From: an uncultured bacterium
GTDB lineage: Bacteria; Zhuqueibacterota; QNDG01; DTFT01
NCBI GenBank assembly: GCA_963736115.1
Contig: CAVTNR010000014.1
Location: 64,001 to 128,000, forward strand
Direction: 5' to 3'
DNA length: 64,000 bases
Part shown: one piece after another, positions 46,231-56,077 of the stretch
How positions within the stretch are numbered: position 1 is the first letter of the stretch
Layout of the letters: each line of letters opens with the position of its first letter
The notes under the pieces: generated by a model
Databases searched by the model: none
Seen by the model: only the letters and a program-made list of their open reading frames with translations
Told to the model about the DNA's origin: nothing
Position numbers and translations under genes: made by a program

Positions 46231-48063
46231 ATGTGCGGAATAGTCGGCTACGTCGGTGAACGTCAGGCGCTTCCCATTCTCATCAGCGGGTTGAAACGGC
46301 TCGAGTACCGGGGGTACGATTCGGCCGGCGTCGCAATGATCCGGGACGGTTCCATCTGGTCCGACAAGAAGAAGGGCCGGATTAGCGACCTCGAACTCAG
46401 CCTCGCGAAGCAGCCGTCCGACGGGTTCCTGCCCGTCGGCATCGCGCACACGCGGTGGGCCACGCACGGCGCGCCTTCCGACGTGAACGCGCATCCCCAT
46501 TTCGACTGCAAGCGGAACATCGCCGTGGTGCACAACGGCATCATCGAGAATTACGCCGAGATCCGGCGCGGTCTCATCGAAAAAGGCCACGTATTCGTCT
46601 CCGAAACCGATTCCGAGGTGCTGGCCCATTTGATCGAGACATTCGACCGGGGCGACATGGTCGCCGCCATCCAGCAGTCGCTTCATCTCGTCCGGGGCAC
46701 GTTCGGCATACTCGTCCTGACGTCCCGTGAGCCCGACCGGCTCTACGCGGCCCGGCGGGGGAGCCCGTTGGTCATCGGTCTGGCGGACGACGAGAATCTC
46801 GTGGCTTCCGACGGTTCCGCCCTGGTCGAGCACACCAAGAAAGTGATCTACCTTTCGGATGACGAGATGGCCGCCATCGACCGCCGCGGCGTCCAGGTCC
46901 GGACCCTTCAGGACAGCCGGGTTTCGAAATCCGTCGAACAGCTGTCCTTCGGTCTCGAACAGATCCAGAAGGGCGGTTACGACCATTTCATGCTCAAGGA
47001 GATCTTCGAACAGCCCGAGACGATCGGCGACTCCATGCGCGGGCGGCTTCTTCCGGACGAAGGACGCGCCAAACTCGGCGGGCTGGAGGGCTATCTCGAG
47101 CGGATCCGGAACAGCGAGCGCATCATCATCACGGCCTGCGGCACGTCCTGGCATGCCGGTCTGATCGGCGAATATCTGATCGAGAAACTCGCCCACATTC
47201 CCGTGGAAGTCGAATACGCTTCCGAGTTCCGCTACCGCGATCCCATTCTTTCGCGGAACGACACCGTGATCGCGATCAGCCAGTCCGGCGAAACCGCGGA
47301 CACCCTCGCGGCCGTGCGGGAGGCCCGGCAGAAGGGCGCGCTCGTCCTCGGCCTCTGCAATGTGGTCGGCAGTTCGGTCGCCCGCGAGACGGCGGCGGGA
47401 GTCTACCTGCACGCCGGGCCCGAGATCGGAGTCGCCTCCACCAAAGCCTTCACATCCCAGGTCGCCGTACTCAGTCTGATCGCGCTGGCCCTCGGCCGGA
47501 TGACCTCGCTCTCGAACGACGAGGGCCGGCTCATGGTCCAGGAACTGATGTCCATCCCGGACAAGATCCGCGCCATCCTGGGACAGACGGACCGGATCCT
47601 GGCGCTGGCCCGGAAAATGACGGAAAAACGCAACGCGCTGTACCTGGGACGGGGATTCAATTACCCCGTGGCTTTGGAGGGCGCGTTGAAGATGAAGGAA
47701 ATTTCGTACATCCACGCCGAGGGGTACCCGGCCGCGGAGATGAAGCACGGGCCCATCGCCCTGATCGACGAGGACATGCCGGTTGTTTTCCTCGCGGTGA
47801 AGGACCCCGTGTATGAGAAGGTGCTGAGCAACATCCAGGAAGTGAAAGCGCGGGGCGGCTGGGTCATCGCGGTGGTCAATTCCGGCGACCGGGACGCCGC
47901 CCGGAACGCGGACGAGGTCATCGAAATCCCCGAGACGTCACAGCCTCTCTCGCCGATGCTGACCGTAATTCCCCTTCAGCTGCTGGCCTATCACACCGCC
48001 GTCCTGAAAGGCTGCGACGTGGATCAGCCGAGAAATCTCGCCAAAAGCGTCACCGTGGAATAA
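46231..48063 (+). CDS. glmS: Glutamine-fructose-6-phosphate transaminase
   Basis: MCGIVGY, LEYRGYDSAG, HTRWATHG, SQSGETADT, PRNLAKSVTVE. Confidence 0.98.
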   Translation: MCGIVGYVGERQALPILISGLKRLEYRGYDSAGVAMIRDGSIWSDKKKGRISDLELSLAKQPSDGFLPVGIAHTRWATHGAPSDVNAHPHFDCKRNIAVVHNGIIENYAEIRRGLIEKGHVFVSETDSEVLAHLIETFDRGDMVAAIQQSLHLVRGTFGILVLTSREPDRLYAARRGSPLVIGLADDENLVASDGSALVEHTKKVIYLSDDEMAAIDRRGVQVRTLQDSRVSKSVEQLSFGLEQIQKGGYDHFMLKEIFEQPETIGDSMRGRLLPDEGRAKLGGLEGYLERIRNSERIIITACGTSWHAGLIGEYLIEKLAHIPVEVEYASEFRYRDPILSRNDTVIAISQSGETADTLAAVREARQKGALVLGLCNVVGSSVARETAAGVYLHAGPEIGVASTKAFTSQVAVLSLIALALGRMTSLSNDEGRLMVQELMSIPDKIRAILGQTDRILALARKMTEKRNALYLGRGFNYPVALEGALKMKEISYIHAEGYPAAEMKHGPIALIDEDMPVVFLAVKDPVYEKVLSNIQEVKARGGWVIAVVNSGDRDAARNADEVIEIPETSQPLSPMLTVIPLQLLAYHTAVLKGCDVDQPRNLAKSVTVE

Positions 48064-48074
48064 TGGAGGCTTTC

Positions 48075-50147
48075 ATGAATCTGTCAGCGAGCGTATTCCC
48101 CGCGGCCCGCTTCGCGGGATCAAGCTGTTTGATAGCTGCATTATTGAAGACTTGCCGCGGGGATAGCGAGCGAATAACAGATGTCTCTGCTCTACGGATA
48201 GAAGCTTCCCCGGCTTCGCCGGACCAAGCAACTAGATTCTCTCTGGTTGAAGGCCCGCCGCTTGCCTTCATCCAGAAGGCATATAATAGCTTGGTCCCGC
48301 GCAGCGGGACGGCGGGGAGCTTCAAATCCCGCAGACTTTTCGCGTCCGTCGCCGTCTTCCTGGCCGTACTCGCGGCCGGCAGCCTCACGGCGGCGACCGC
48401 CGAATCCCCGGACAGCGTGTTTTCCGCGGCGGTCTCCGCCTACAAAGCCGGACGCAACGCGCAAGCGCTTTCCGCGCTCGAGGCGCTGGACACGAAACAG
48501 CCGGGTCACAGCCTGACTACGGCTTCGCTTCTCATGCAGGCGAAGGCGCTGTCCCGCATGGGCGAGAGCCAGCGCAGCCGCGAAGCGTTTGAGGAGCTCA
48601 TCCTCGCGCATCCCCGGAGCGGTTATGTCGACGACGCGCGCTACGGGCTCGCCGATCTTCTGTACCGGCGCAACGACGCGCGCGGATCGCTGCTGCAGCT
48701 GCTGTCGCTGATCGCCGGCGGCGGGAACCGGGCGCTGGTTGAAAAGGCCGAGGCCCGCGGCCAGGAAATCATGGAATTCCATTTCACGACGGAGGAACTC
48801 CGCAGTCTGGTGCGGGACGTGCCCGATGAGAAAGGGAAGGCCTTCGTGACGCTGACGGCCGCGCGGCGGAACATCCAGGACCGCCGCTTCGAGACCGCCC
48901 GGACCGACCTCGACCATTTTCTGCGCTCGGCCCCGGACAATCCCTACGCGTCCCAGATGGAGAAACTGCTCGGACGGGCGGAATCGCTGGGCAAGGGCAC
49001 GGCCGTGATCGGCGTCATCCTTCCGCTGTCCGGGCCCCTGGGGGACCAGGGCGGCCAGGTGCTGGCGGGCATCCAGTACGCGGTCAAGATCAACAACGAG
49101 AAGATGCAGCTCAAGTTCGAACTGCTGGTCCGGGATTCGGAGGGCAGTCCGGTGCAGGCGATCCGGGCGGCCCAGGAAATCTGCCGCAACAACGACGTGG
49201 TGACGGTGATCGGCGACCTGGACAGCCATCTCTCAGAGTCCGTGGCCGCGGTGGCCCAGGAGAATGAGGTGCCCTGCATCGCGCCGCTGGCGATGTCCGA
49301 CGGGATGACCGGCATCGGTCCCTACGTCTTCCAGTTGAACGGCACGCTCGGCGACCGCGGACGCGTACTGGCGGAGTACGCCTGCTCCTCGCTGGGGCTG
49401 AAACGCTTCGCCATGCTCACGCCGGGAGACGCCTACGGCCGGGTGCTCCGGAAGGCTTTCGCGGAGGAAGTCGCCCGTTCAGGCGGGGAGATCCTCGCGG
49501 ATCGGACATACACGGAGGATATAAAGGATTTCAGCCCGATCCTGGCCTCCATCCGCGAAGCCGGTCTCAAGCGGTTCCTGCAGGACAGTGTGCGCGCGGT
49601 CCGGGGCGATGTCTCCGGCGAGATCGTGAAAGGCGCGATCGACCGGAAAGCCTCCCGGATGCTTGACAATCGGGACATTCCGGTGCGGTCCGTGGAAGGC
49701 TTTTTCATCCTGCCCAACCGCGGCAGCCTGGAATCCATTCTGGCCCAGATCCACTATCAGAATCTGGAGACCCAGCTTCTGGCCGGCTCCTCGCTGGACG
49801 ACCTGTCCGTGCTGCTCGGGCGGAAGGAGTTGCTCGACGGCATCGTTTTTTTCAGTGAATATTTCGCCGACCCCTACAGCCCGCGCGTGGCCGCCTTCCG
49901 CGCGGGATTCCGGAAGGAGTCGGGCCGGAATCCCGGCAGCATGGAAGCCATCGGATACGACGCCGCATCGGTCGTGCTTGAGGCCATGGGCGACAAAACC
50001 ATGCCCCGCTCCGAAATCCGGGATGCCCTCGCGGCCGTCCGCAATCTGGACGGCATACGCGGCAAAATTTCATTCGACGGGAATCGCGTCAATTCGGCTT
50101 TCCGCCTTCTGCAGTTCCGGGAAGGCCGCGTGGACATGGTTCGGTAG
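48075..50147 (+). CDS. TPR plus periplasmic-binding-fold protein (LpoA/LppC-like) with repeat-derived N-terminal extension
   Basis: GGAGG-N6-ATG at 48075; signal-like segment after the repeat; TPR helices; IGVILPLSGP…GYDA. Confidence 0.8.
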   Translation: MNLSASVFPAARFAGSSCLIAALLKTCRGDSERITDVSALRIEASPASPDQATRFSLVEGPPLAFIQKAYNSLVPRSGTAGSFKSRRLFASVAVFLAVLAAGSLTAATAESPDSVFSAAVSAYKAGRNAQALSALEALDTKQPGHSLTTASLLMQAKALSRMGESQRSREAFEELILAHPRSGYVDDARYGLADLLYRRNDARGSLLQLLSLIAGGGNRALVEKAEARGQEIMEFHFTTEELRSLVRDVPDEKGKAFVTLTAARRNIQDRRFETARTDLDHFLRSAPDNPYASQMEKLLGRAESLGKGTAVIGVILPLSGPLGDQGGQVLAGIQYAVKINNEKMQLKFELLVRDSEGSPVQAIRAAQEICRNNDVVTVIGDLDSHLSESVAAVAQENEVPCIAPLAMSDGMTGIGPYVFQLNGTLGDRGRVLAEYACSSLGLKRFAMLTPGDAYGRVLRKAFAEEVARSGGEILADRTYTEDIKDFSPILASIREAGLKRFLQDSVRAVRGDVSGEIVKGAIDRKASRMLDNRDIPVRSVEGFFILPNRGSLESILAQIHYQNLETQLLAGSSLDDLSVLLGRKELLDGIVFFSEYFADPYSPRVAAFRAGFRKESGRNPGSMEAIGYDAASVVLEAMGDKTMPRSEIRDALAAVRNLDGIRGKISFDGNRVNSAFRLLQFREGRVDMVR
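48095..48328. repeat. Composite copy (half unit plus inverted full unit) of the ~135-bp palindromic element
   Basis: 48095-48162 aligns with 6471-6537; 48197-48328 aligns with the reverse complement of 6462-6596. Confidence 0.85.
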
Positions 50148-50151
50148 AGAC

Positions 50152-50907
50152 GTGTTTTTCGAGAAACGGCACGGCCTGTTTGTCGGCCGCTTTCCGGCAT
50201 GGGCCGGAAAGCCCGGCCTCCGGCACGCCTTCAGTACGAGGCGCGGCGGGGTCAGCCGGCCGCCTTTCGGCACGCTCAACCTGGGACTGAACACGGAGGA
50301 CGACCCGGTTTCAGTCCGGGAGAATTGGGTCCAACTCTCCCGGGCCGCGGGTCTGGACCGCGACCGCATGGCGTTCACGCGCCAGGTCCACGGCGAAGCG
50401 ATCGCGGCCGCCGAAGCGCCCGGCGTCTTTCCGGACACGGACGCTCTTGTCACGGACACCGCGGAACTGGCGCTCGCCGTTCAGGTCGCGGACTGCGTGC
50501 CGGTTTTCCTTTACGACCCGAGTCGGAAGGCCGTCGGACTCGCGCACGCGGGGTGGAAGGGATCGGCTCTCGATATCGCGGGAAAGACGGCCGCCGCCCT
50601 GGTCGAACGCTTCGGATCAAAGCCCGCGGATCTGTCCGCGTGCATCGGGCCGTCGATCGGCCCCTGCTGTTTCGAGGTCGGGCCGGAGGTGGCGGAGCGG
50701 TTTCCGTCCCGGTACCTGGAACATGGCCGGCTGGATCTCTGGGCTGTCAACCGGGATTCGCTGATCGCAGCCGGGATGGATCCGAACGCCATCCATATCA
50801 GCCGACTGTGCACCGTATGCCACAGGGACTGGTTCTTCTCCCACCGCGGAGACGGGGGGAAGACAGGGAGGATGGCGGCGGTGATCGGGCTGGAGAAGAC
50901 AGAATGA
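50152..50907 (+). CDS. pgeF: PgeF/YfiH laccase-domain protein
   Basis: FSTRRGGVS, QVHG, ADCVPV, HAGWKG, IGPSIGPCCFEVG, FFSHR. Confidence 0.93.
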   Translation: MFFEKRHGLFVGRFPAWAGKPGLRHAFSTRRGGVSRPPFGTLNLGLNTEDDPVSVRENWVQLSRAAGLDRDRMAFTRQVHGEAIAAAEAPGVFPDTDALVTDTAELALAVQVADCVPVFLYDPSRKAVGLAHAGWKGSALDIAGKTAAALVERFGSKPADLSACIGPSIGPCCFEVGPEVAERFPSRYLEHGRLDLWAVNRDSLIAAGMDPNAIHISRLCTVCHRDWFFSHRGDGGKTGRMAAVIGLEKTE

Positions 50908-50969
50908 GTATAAGCGCCGGCGGTCATTGTTTCTGACGATATCCGCAATATTTACTGGAATCAAACGGC

Positions 50970-50998
50970 TTGACAATAATCGGGAAATTCCGCATATT
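50970..50998 (+). promoter_or_regulatory. sigma70 promoter
   Basis: TTGACA-N17-CATATT. Confidence 0.6.
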
Positions 50999-51107
50999 TA
51001 AGGATCAGAAGAGGTATTGGTCACGCGAGACAGCGGTTTAAACTCAACCAATATCATTTCGGTAAACCAATTATTGCAGTAAGTTCATTCAACCGGAGGA
51101 GGAAAAG

Positions 51108-51671
51108 ATGAAAAAGCGATTTGTGGTGGCTGGTATTCTGGCGGTATGCCTGGCGGCGGGGTCCTCTGTGTTCGCCAAATCCAACATCGGATTGAACGGA
51201 TGGGGCGCCAAGGTCGGTTATGTCAGTCCCGAAGACATTGACGGAACCCTTGGATTCGGCGCCGTCGTCGATCTCGGAACCTTGACTCCTACGACCACGC
51301 TCGAAGGCGAAGTGCTTTACTGGGGCAAGAGTGAAAAGGAAAGCGGCGTTGAATTCAGCTATTCTCAGATTTACATCTCCGGAATCGCCAAGTATTACTT
51401 CAACAAGGCGAAAAAAGGGGCCAAATGGCTTCCTTATGCCGGGGGCGGCGTCGGGCTGGTGCTCGGCAAGGCGAAGGTCAAGTACGAAGGCAATGATTTT
51501 TTCGACGGCGATGACAGCTCCGACTCGGAAACCGATCTGGGCATTCATCTGGTCGGCGGCATGAAATATCCCATCGACGCGAAAAAATACGCGTTTTTCG
51601 AGGCGCGTTATTCCATGGATGGCGCCGATTTCTTCGGTATTTTCGGCGGCATCGTATTCAAACTGAAGTAA
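51108..51671 (+). CDS. Outer-membrane beta-barrel protein
   Basis: GGAGG RBS, signal peptide, PYAGGGVG, FFEARY, terminal aromatic-containing strand. Confidence 0.85.
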   Translation: MKKRFVVAGILAVCLAAGSSVFAKSNIGLNGWGAKVGYVSPEDIDGTLGFGAVVDLGTLTPTTTLEGEVLYWGKSEKESGVEFSYSQIYISGIAKYYFNKAKKGAKWLPYAGGGVGLVLGKAKVKYEGNDFFDGDDSSDSETDLGIHLVGGMKYPIDAKKYAFFEARYSMDGADFFGIFGGIVFKLK

Positions 51672-51745
51672 GCCGTCCTCAAACACCGGGGAAGAAGGAC
51701 AAAGCCTGCCCGGAATTGAGACTGTTGTATCCCAATCGTTTTTCG

Positions 51746-51780
51746 AAGGCCTTGGCGGTAGTTCCGCCAAGGCCTTTTTT
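51746..51780 (+). terminator. Intrinsic terminator
   Basis: AAGGCCTTGGCGG / CCGCCAAGGCCTT plus T-run. Confidence 0.85.
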
Positions 51781-51951
51781 CGGACACAGGGCCGCGGCGC
51801 GTCATTACGGGATGCTGTCGCCTCCCTTGATATAACTGGTATACCCGCAGTTACTGGAACACACGAGTCCGGAATGAAGCCCGATCAGGAGTATGGTTCC
51901 GCCTCTTTGACTGCAGCGAATCGACGGATCGTCATTCCGCGGAATTACAGG

Positions 51952-51980
51952 TTGCATCTGAAAATCAAAAGACTTATATT
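51952..51980 (+). promoter_or_regulatory. sigma70 promoter (near-leaderless)
   Basis: TTGCAT-N17-TATATT; ATG 10 nt downstream with no SD. Confidence 0.55.
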
Positions 51981-51990
51981 GTTTTTCCAT

Positions 51991-52719
51991 ATGTTACAGA
52001 CAATTTTAAAACCGCTTCGGATCCGCCTTCCGGCTGTGTTGGGGATCCTTTTCGCCTTGCACGGACTCGCGACCGGCCAGTCCGGCTCGGTCGAGCTCAA
52101 CCATTCCCTGCGCTTCCGTTTCGGATTGAGCGATCCGTTGAGCCCGGAACCTTTCCGTGAGAACTGGAGAACCGGATTGAGCGCGGACCTCTCCTTTCAG
52201 GCATCCGTGACCCGGTATGTCGAATTTACGGCAGGCGCCGGTTACACGGTATTCAGGCTGAACAGCCGACGGTTGTCCGGTGCGTTCAACCGCACCGCGG
52301 CCGCCGCCGCCTCTTTCGCTTTCGAGAAAGGCGCGTACCGGCTGGGTCTTCTGCATGCCGGTCTGAATGTTCATTTCGGTTCTCTCTGGAAGCCGGTTTC
52401 TTATTTTCTGCGGGCCGAAGGCGTTCTTGCCCTGGCGCACCAGGATGACATGATTCTGATCCAGGAATTCGGCGGGCAGAGGGTGCGGGAGAGAATCGAC
52501 CTCGGAGCGGACGAGGCCGCGCCCGGCGCGGTAGCGGCTGTCGGCGCCAAGATACGCGTGGATAAACGGGCTTTTATCGTTCTCTCCGCGGACGGTTGCG
52601 TTCTGCGGACATCCGATCAGGCCGGCGATTCGGATCAGGCCGCCTTGCGTCTCTCCCGGGCCCAGGGCAAAGCCACGGTGTTCACCACGTTCCGCGCCGG
52701 ACTGGACATTCAGTATTGA
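51991..52719 (+). CDS. Probable outer-membrane beta-barrel protein
   Basis: Signal-like N-terminus, alternating beta strands, C-terminal Tyr. Confidence 0.6.
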   Translation: MLQTILKPLRIRLPAVLGILFALHGLATGQSGSVELNHSLRFRFGLSDPLSPEPFRENWRTGLSADLSFQASVTRYVEFTAGAGYTVFRLNSRRLSGAFNRTAAAAASFAFEKGAYRLGLLHAGLNVHFGSLWKPVSYFLRAEGVLALAHQDDMILIQEFGGQRVRERIDLGADEAAPGAVAAVGAKIRVDKRAFIVLSADGCVLRTSDQAGDSDQAALRLSRAQGKATVFTTFRAGLDIQY

Positions 52720-53759
52720 CCCGGTCGCTCCAGGACATTCAGTCGCTGATCCGGGGCGCAGACGCGGGTAAAACGCCCGCGGTCTGCTTCCTCTTCGGAG
52801 AGGAGACCTACTGGATGGACCTGGCCGTGAAGGCCTTCCGCAAGGCGCTCATCCGGCCGGAGACGGCTGATTTCAACTGTGACCTGCTTCAGGCCGATGA
52901 GACGGACGGTGAGTCGGTCGTCCGGATCGCAAGTTCGTTTCCGCTCATGTCCGACAAGCGCCTGGTTGTGGTCAAGTCGATACAGAAATTTTCGCCGAAC
53001 GACAAGAAACGTATCCTTACCTACGCCCAGGCGCCTCTGGCTTCCACATGCCTCCTGCTGACGGCCGCGGAAGCCGACCGCAGGCAGTCCTTTTACGCCG
53101 AACTGACCGCCCTGACAGCCGCGGCCGAATGCAAGCCCCTGTATGAGAATCAGGCGGTGGATTGGGTGGCGCAAGCGGTGAAACTGCGGAAACGCGGCAT
53201 CCAGCCGGAGGCGGCCGCCCTTCTGGTTCAGCAGACAGGCACGGGCCTGTGGCCGCTGACGCATGAAATTGAAAAGCTCATCACGTACGCGGGAGAAAAA
53301 ACAGAACTGGAACTGGCCGATGTCGAGGCGGTCACCGGATTCTCCCGCAGGTACAATACCTGGGATTTCGCGGACGCCGTCGGGAGAAAGGACCTGGAAA
53401 CAGCACTGGAAGTGCTGCGGAAACTGCTCCGGCAGCGTTCGACCGGCCCGGCGCTGATTATGGACCTGCATCGGAGGGTTCTGCTGCTGACCCGGGTTCT
53501 GATCCTCCTGTCGGAGCGGACGAAAAAAGAGGCCATGGCTTCCGCGCTCAGGGTCAAGCCGTTTTTTGTGGATGAGTATATTGCACAGGCGCGCCGGTTC
53601 TCCATGCCGGAATTGCGTGTCGCGGACCGGACCCTTCTGGAGGCGGATTTCCAGATCAAAACCGGACGCCTGGACGGTGAATCCGCGATGGTGCTGGCTG
53701 TGTACGACCTGATCCGGGGCCGGCAAGGCCGGCGCTACTTCACCGGGGAATCCCTCTGA
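52716..53759 (+). CDS. holA: DNA polymerase III delta subunit
   Basis: FLFGEETY, FPLMSDKRLVVVK, EIEKL, ADFQIKTG; TTGA overlap start. Confidence 0.9.
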   Translation: MTRSLQDIQSLIRGADAGKTPAVCFLFGEETYWMDLAVKAFRKALIRPETADFNCDLLQADETDGESVVRIASSFPLMSDKRLVVVKSIQKFSPNDKKRILTYAQAPLASTCLLLTAAEADRRQSFYAELTALTAAAECKPLYENQAVDWVAQAVKLRKRGIQPEAAALLVQQTGTGLWPLTHEIEKLITYAGEKTELELADVEAVTGFSRRYNTWDFADAVGRKDLETALEVLRKLLRQRSTGPALIMDLHRRVLLLTRVLILLSERTKKEAMASALRVKPFFVDEYIAQARRFSMPELRVADRTLLEADFQIKTGRLDGESAMVLAVYDLIRGRQGRRYFTGESL

Positions 53760-53781
53760 CCGGCTGATTGCGGGTTCTCAC

Positions 53782-53810
53782 GGAACTTTTGCCCGGAACC
53801 CATTGTTCAA
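53782..53810 (+). promoter_or_regulatory. sigma-E-type (ECF) autoregulatory promoter
   Basis: GGAACTT-N16-GTTCAA directly upstream of the ECF sigma gene. Confidence 0.6.
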
Positions 53811-53826
53811 TATATTGAAAGCGCCT

Positions 53827-54414
53827 ATGCTGGACAAGAAACAGCCGCCGACGCCATCCGACGAGAACCTGATCGAGCGGTTTCAGAACGGCGATGTGTA
53901 CGCGTTCGAGCAAATCGTGCATCGATACAAGGATCCGCTGTTGAACTTTGTATACCACTTTCTGGGCGACCGGATCGACGCGGAAGACGTGGTGCAGGAG
54001 ACTTTTTTGCGTGTGTACCGCAACAAGCACATGTACCGGAGCATCGCGAAGTTCTCGACCTGGATCTACACCATCGCCGGCAATCTGGCCAAGACCGAAC
54101 TTCGGCGCCGGAAACGGCGTCGGCTTTTTTCAATTCATTCCTCCGGATTCGACGAAAAGGGCTATGACATCCCGGATCCGCTGAGGACGGCCGATTTGCA
54201 GGTGGACGGGGAAATGAAGGAGGCCGTCATCCGCAAGGAGATCGACGACCTGCCCGTTCGTTTCCGGGAAGTGGTGGTCCTGCGCGACGTGCAGGATTTC
54301 TCGTACGAAGAAATCAGCGACATGCTGAAAATACCCATCGGCACCGTGAAATCGCGGGTCAACCGCGGGCGCCTGAGGCTCCAGAAGCGCCTCGGCGACC
54401 TGATCGAGAAATAA
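53827..54414 (+). CDS. ECF RNA polymerase sigma factor (RpoE/SigW-like)
   Basis: DAEDVVQETF, FSTWIYTIA.N, SYEEIS…PIGTVKSRVNRGR. Confidence 0.95.
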   Translation: MLDKKQPPTPSDENLIERFQNGDVYAFEQIVHRYKDPLLNFVYHFLGDRIDAEDVVQETFLRVYRNKHMYRSIAKFSTWIYTIAGNLAKTELRRRKRRRLFSIHSSGFDEKGYDIPDPLRTADLQVDGEMKEAVIRKEIDDLPVRFREVVVLRDVQDFSYEEISDMLKIPIGTVKSRVNRGRLRLQKRLGDLIEK

Positions 54415-54430
54415 TTTCGGAGGACCTTGC

Positions 54431-55000
54431 ATGACCCCTTGTCATCGGGATCACAATGACATCCTGAATTTCGCCGACGGCGGCCTGGATCCCGACCGGG
54501 AGAAACAGGTGAGCCGGCATGTGGAGGAGTGCTGCGATTGCGCCAGGCTTCTCCACAAAATCCGCCTGCAGAGAAGCTGTCTGAAGAATCTCACCCCGCT
54601 CACGACCGGGGAGAATTTCAACGTGCTGCTTCACGAGCGGATACGCCGGGAGATGGCCGGAAAACAGGGTCTGTTCCACCCCGTCCTCGACCGCAGATGG
54701 ATTCCGGTTTCGGCGGTGGCGGTCGCCGTGCTCGCCGTGGGTGTCTGGATGCTGAATCGGAAATCCACAGCGACCGCGGACCTGTCTGTGCCCATAGCAC
54801 TGAAGTCGGCGCCGGCGGCTCCGGCCACGGCGCCATCCGGCCGCAGGCCGCGTGTGCAGTACGTCATTGAGGAGTATGTGCCGGCCGAAGCCGCACAGGC
54901 TTCCGCGGACTCCGCCGCAGGCGCCGTTCCGGTCGACACTTCGGAACGGATACGCAATCTCGAAGCCCTGCGGGAGCGGCTTGTTCCGGTGAGTTTTTAA
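54431..55000 (+). CDS. Zinc-binding (ZAS, zf-HC2) anti-sigma factor
   Basis: HVEECCDC (HxxxCxxC), one TM segment. Confidence 0.88.
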   Translation: MTPCHRDHNDILNFADGGLDPDREKQVSRHVEECCDCARLLHKIRLQRSCLKNLTPLTTGENFNVLLHERIRREMAGKQGLFHPVLDRRWIPVSAVAVAVLAVGVWMLNRKSTATADLSVPIALKSAPAAPATAPSGRRPRVQYVIEEYVPAEAAQASADSAAGAVPVDTSERIRNLEALRERLVPVSF

Positions 55001-55017
55001 GTGGTTCCGGAGGAACC

Positions 55018-55962
55018 GTGCGGCGAATGAGAATATGGATTTTCGTCATGCTGACCGCCGGACAGGCGCTGTCGCAGAAAGCGTCCTCCGGCCCGGTTGA
55101 GATCGCCTCGGCCGTGCAGAAGGCGCTCCCGTCAGTCCTGAGCGTCGAGACCGTTTCAGGTGGCGTTCAGGACGCCTGGACGCGGGTCGGATCCGGGTTT
55201 CTGTTCGGAGACCGTTACGCGGTCACGCGTAAGACGGTCATCGACGGGGCGGACAGCATCGTCATCGCGCTGACCGACGGACGCCGGGCCCCGGCCCGTC
55301 TGGTCGCATGCGATCCGGCGACAGGAACCGCGGTTCTGGAGCACGGAATGACGGGCATCACCCCGATCCCGCCCCACGAATCCCCGGAGCCTGCGGAAGG
55401 CGCCGCGCTGGCGGTCCTCGGCAATTCGATCGGCGTCTTTCCCTCCGTCACACTGGCCCGGTTCATCAGCAGTCGGCCGGACGGTCTCATGGAAATTGAT
55501 GGTATGATCCCGCCCGGAAACAGCGGCAGTCCGGTGCTGGACGAAACCGGCCGCCTGACGGCTGTCATCATCGGCTGGGTTCAAGACGGAGCGACACCCC
55601 CGGTCGTCACCGGTCTGGCGCTTCCCGCATCCAAGGTGCTCCGGTTTCTTTCCTCCCTGCGGGAGCAAAGAGAGAGAGCCGGCTGGATCGGTTTGTCGGC
55701 CGTTGATTTGACCGGGAAAGAGCATCGGACCGGCGTAAAAGTGGTTTCCCTCCTGCCCGGAGGCCCCGCGGATCTGGCGGAATTGTCCGTCGGAGACACC
55801 ATTGTCCGGTTCCAGGATGAGCCGGTGCGGAGGGCCGCCGACCTCGCGGAACGGGTGCGATGCACGGCGCCCGATTCCAGAATCACTTTCACCATCCGAA
55901 ACGGAGGCAAGGAAAGCGTACGAAAAGTGAAGGTTTCCACCATGCCCAGGCGGTCGCCGTAA
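55018..55962 (+). CDS. HtrA/DegS-like trypsin-fold plus PDZ protein with degenerate catalytic triad
   Basis: GSGF, PGNSGSP, PDZ (GWIGL…GGPADLAEL.VGD.I); His and Asp positions substituted. Confidence 0.85.
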   Translation: MRRMRIWIFVMLTAGQALSQKASSGPVEIASAVQKALPSVLSVETVSGGVQDAWTRVGSGFLFGDRYAVTRKTVIDGADSIVIALTDGRRAPARLVACDPATGTAVLEHGMTGITPIPPHESPEPAEGAALAVLGNSIGVFPSVTLARFISSRPDGLMEIDGMIPPGNSGSPVLDETGRLTAVIIGWVQDGATPPVVTGLALPASKVLRFLSSLREQRERAGWIGLSAVDLTGKEHRTGVKVVSLLPGGPADLAELSVGDTIVRFQDEPVRRAADLAERVRCTAPDSRITFTIRNGGKESVRKVKVSTMPRRSP

Positions 55963-56077
55963 AGAAGTTCTCCTGCCGGGCTCTCAGCCCCGCAACCCCC
56001 GCTTTGCGTCATTTTTATTTGACTTTAGCCGTATTTTTCGTAAATTACATTTTATTTCGATTATCAGCAAGTCCCGT

